DNA from: Mobula hypostoma
Taxonomy: Eukaryota
DNA: 64,000 bases
Direction of reading: 5' to 3'
Assembly (NCBI RefSeq): GCF_963921235.1
Contig: NC_086097.1
Coordinates: 240,500,001 to 240,564,000 of the forward strand
This document shows positions 62,401 through 64,000 of this stretch, in pieces. A program made the position numbers and the translations under genes. Numbering within the stretch: the first letter of the stretch is position 1; each line of letters starts with the position of its first letter. The notes below the pieces were generated by a model. The model saw only the letters and a program-made list of their open reading frames with translations. It was not told the origin of the DNA and made no database searches.

Positions 62401-63150
62401 CACTCCACTAGTTGGCATATCTCACTCCTGTACGCCCTCTCATCACCACTTGAGATTCTACCAACAATAGTTGTATCATCAGCCAATTTATAGATGGTAT
62501 CTGAGCTATGCCTAGCCACACTGTCATGTGTATATAGAGAGTAGAGCAGTGGGCTAAGCACACACTCCTGAGGTGCACCAGTGTTGATCGTCAGTGAGGA
62601 GGAGATATTATCACCAATCTGCACAGATTGTAGTCTTCCAGTTAGGAAATCGAGGATTCAATTATAGAGGGAGGTACAGAGGCCCAGGTTCTGCAACTTC
62701 TCAATCAGGATTGTGGGATTAATGGTATTAAATACTGAGCTATACTGTACATGTCACCACATACTACGCTGAGATTCTTTTTCAGGCAGGCATACCAAGC
62801 AAATCTATAGAATAGTAACTCTAAACAGGATCGATGAACAAACTGTGCATATGCAAATATAAATAAATAACGAGATCATAAAATAACAATACAAAGAATC
62901 TTTAAAGTGACACCAGTGGTTGTGGGAACACCAGAAATAGAAGGAGTGCAGTTAACTCCTTTTTTTCAAGAGCCTGCTGGCTGAGAGGTAGCTTCTGTTC
63001 CTGAACCTGGTGGTGTGGGTCCTGAGGTACCTTTAACTTCTACCTGATGGCAGCAGTGAGGAAAGAGCATGGCCTGGGTGGTGAGGATCTTTGATGATAG
63101 ATGCTGCTTTTATACAGCAATATTTCATGTAGATGTGTTCAATGGTTGTC
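59490..63150 (-). mobile_element. Two nested Rex1/Babar elements (outer 59490-59528 + 62745-63150; inner 59529-59600 + 61710-62742)
   Basis: Tails AAGTTCAAATTCAAAG and TCAGAATCAGAATCAGG; ORF 62079..62624 TGAPQECVLSPLLYSLYTHD...KLADDTT...LNVSKTKEL. Confidence 0.8.
59601..61709 (+). mobile_element. Young CR1 LINE (CTATGTTT family), 2.1 kb, with internal RT deletion
   Basis: Open ORFs 59612..60565 (LGKSDHN...) and 60565..61620; junction GGTGGTGGG|GACAAGG at 60540. Confidence 0.95.
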
Positions 63151-63312
63151 ATTTACCTATCTTTATGTGCTTTAAGATTGCTAATGTAATGTGGATATGT
63201 AGAGAGTAGTATATCATCTGTAATGTGGGTATATTTCAAGGCATCACTATTACCTTTACTGAATTCCCCAACTTCCATTGCCTTCTAAGAAATAAATAAA
63301 GACAAGAACTTA

Positions 63313-63540
63313 GGAGATCCTGCAGATGCTGGAAATCTGAGCAACACACACAAAATGCTGGAGGAACTCAGCAAGTCAGGCACCATTTAGGGAGGGGAAT
63401 AAACAGTCAACGTTTTGGGCAAAGACCCCCCATCAGGACTGGAAAAGAAGGGGGAAGAAGCCAGAATAAGAAGGTGGGGAGAGGGGAAGGAGTACAAGCT
63501 GGCAGGTGATGGGTGAAATCAGGTGAGGGGAATAGTGGAT
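63313..63540 (-). mobile_element. PLE terminal fragment with degenerate hammerhead
   Basis: CTGCAGATGCTGGAAATC...CACACAAAATGCTGGAGGAACTCAGC...CAGTCAACGTTTTGGGC...CATCAGGACT. Confidence 0.8.
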
Positions 63541-63689
63541 GGGTTAGTGGCCAATGGTATTCCACAGGCATCTGTTCTAAGACTCCACCTCTTTGTGATT
63601 TTTATAAATGACGGGGGATAGGGTGAAGATCAACGACTCAATAGGCAGTTGGACCCTACACTACTTGATCAGACATTTGAGCCTGATTA

Positions 63690-64000
63690 TTTTTTGAACC
63701 TGAGTATTTTCCAGATGTGACAGAGCACATTGACGAAGACAGAGCAGTGTATGTGGTGTATATGGATTTTAGTAAGGCTAAAGGATCCCCATTTCAGACA
63801 CATTCACAAAGTTAGGAAACATGAGATCCAGAGAAACCTTGCTCTACAGATTCAGAATTGGGTTGCTAACAGAAGACAGAGGGTGGCTGGAGATGGAGAT
63901 TCTGTCTGGAGATTGGTAACCAATGGTGTTCCCCAGGGATCTGTTCTGGGACACCTGCACTCTGTGATTTTTATGAATGATTAGGATGAGAAAGGGATGG
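63690..64000 (+). mobile_element. CR1 RT fragment (continues beyond window)
   Basis: ORF 63730..63984 NWVANRRQRV...GVPQGSVLG. Confidence 0.85.

Noticed and set aside
63545..63612. Local duplication of 63915-63980
   Set aside because: Both are diverged CR1 GVPQGSVL-region fragments; explained by ordinary TE fragmentation
1..64000. Prokaryotic RT systems (retron, DGR, group II intron) or defence loci
   Set aside because: All RT fragments carry non-LTR retrotransposon motifs of CR1, Rex1, RTE type; no operons or bacterial genes

Overview
Eukaryotic, repeat-dominated DNA with no recognisable host protein-coding gene, rRNA, true tRNA or CRISPR array. The repeat content points to intronic or intergenic DNA of a cartilaginous fish, probably a ray or shark (inference from an HE1-like V-SINE and very dense CR1 LINEs). 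Most of the window is nested transposon debris: many CR1-clade LINE copies (one young family with a (CTATGTTT)n tail; SGNH-esterase ORF1 fragments, one nearly open), Rex1/Babar and RTE LINEs, Penelope-like (GIY-YIG) fragments, at least four SINE types, four solo-LTR-like inserts with TSDs, a Tc1 deletion derivative and nested hAT-like elements. Best leads: (1) a minimal hammerhead ribozyme motif in about 10 short Penelope-derived copies, whose 5' ends and fold-back inversions cluster at the ribozyme core; (2) an 84-bp-arm palindrome that duplicates non-element flank next to a Penelope insertion; (3) a hAT derivative keeping a zinc-finger first exon, splice donor and teleost-like intron motifs, with the same 28-nt junction found in a different composite transposon 14.5 kb away; (4) a TSD-flanked tRNA/RTE bipartite SINE; (5) TE-free islands, one with five TGACAG (Meis/TALE) motifs, as candidate conserved enhancers. 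I see no convincing wholly new gene system. Family names come from motif recognition by eye, and boundaries are approximate unless a TSD or TIR is quoted.
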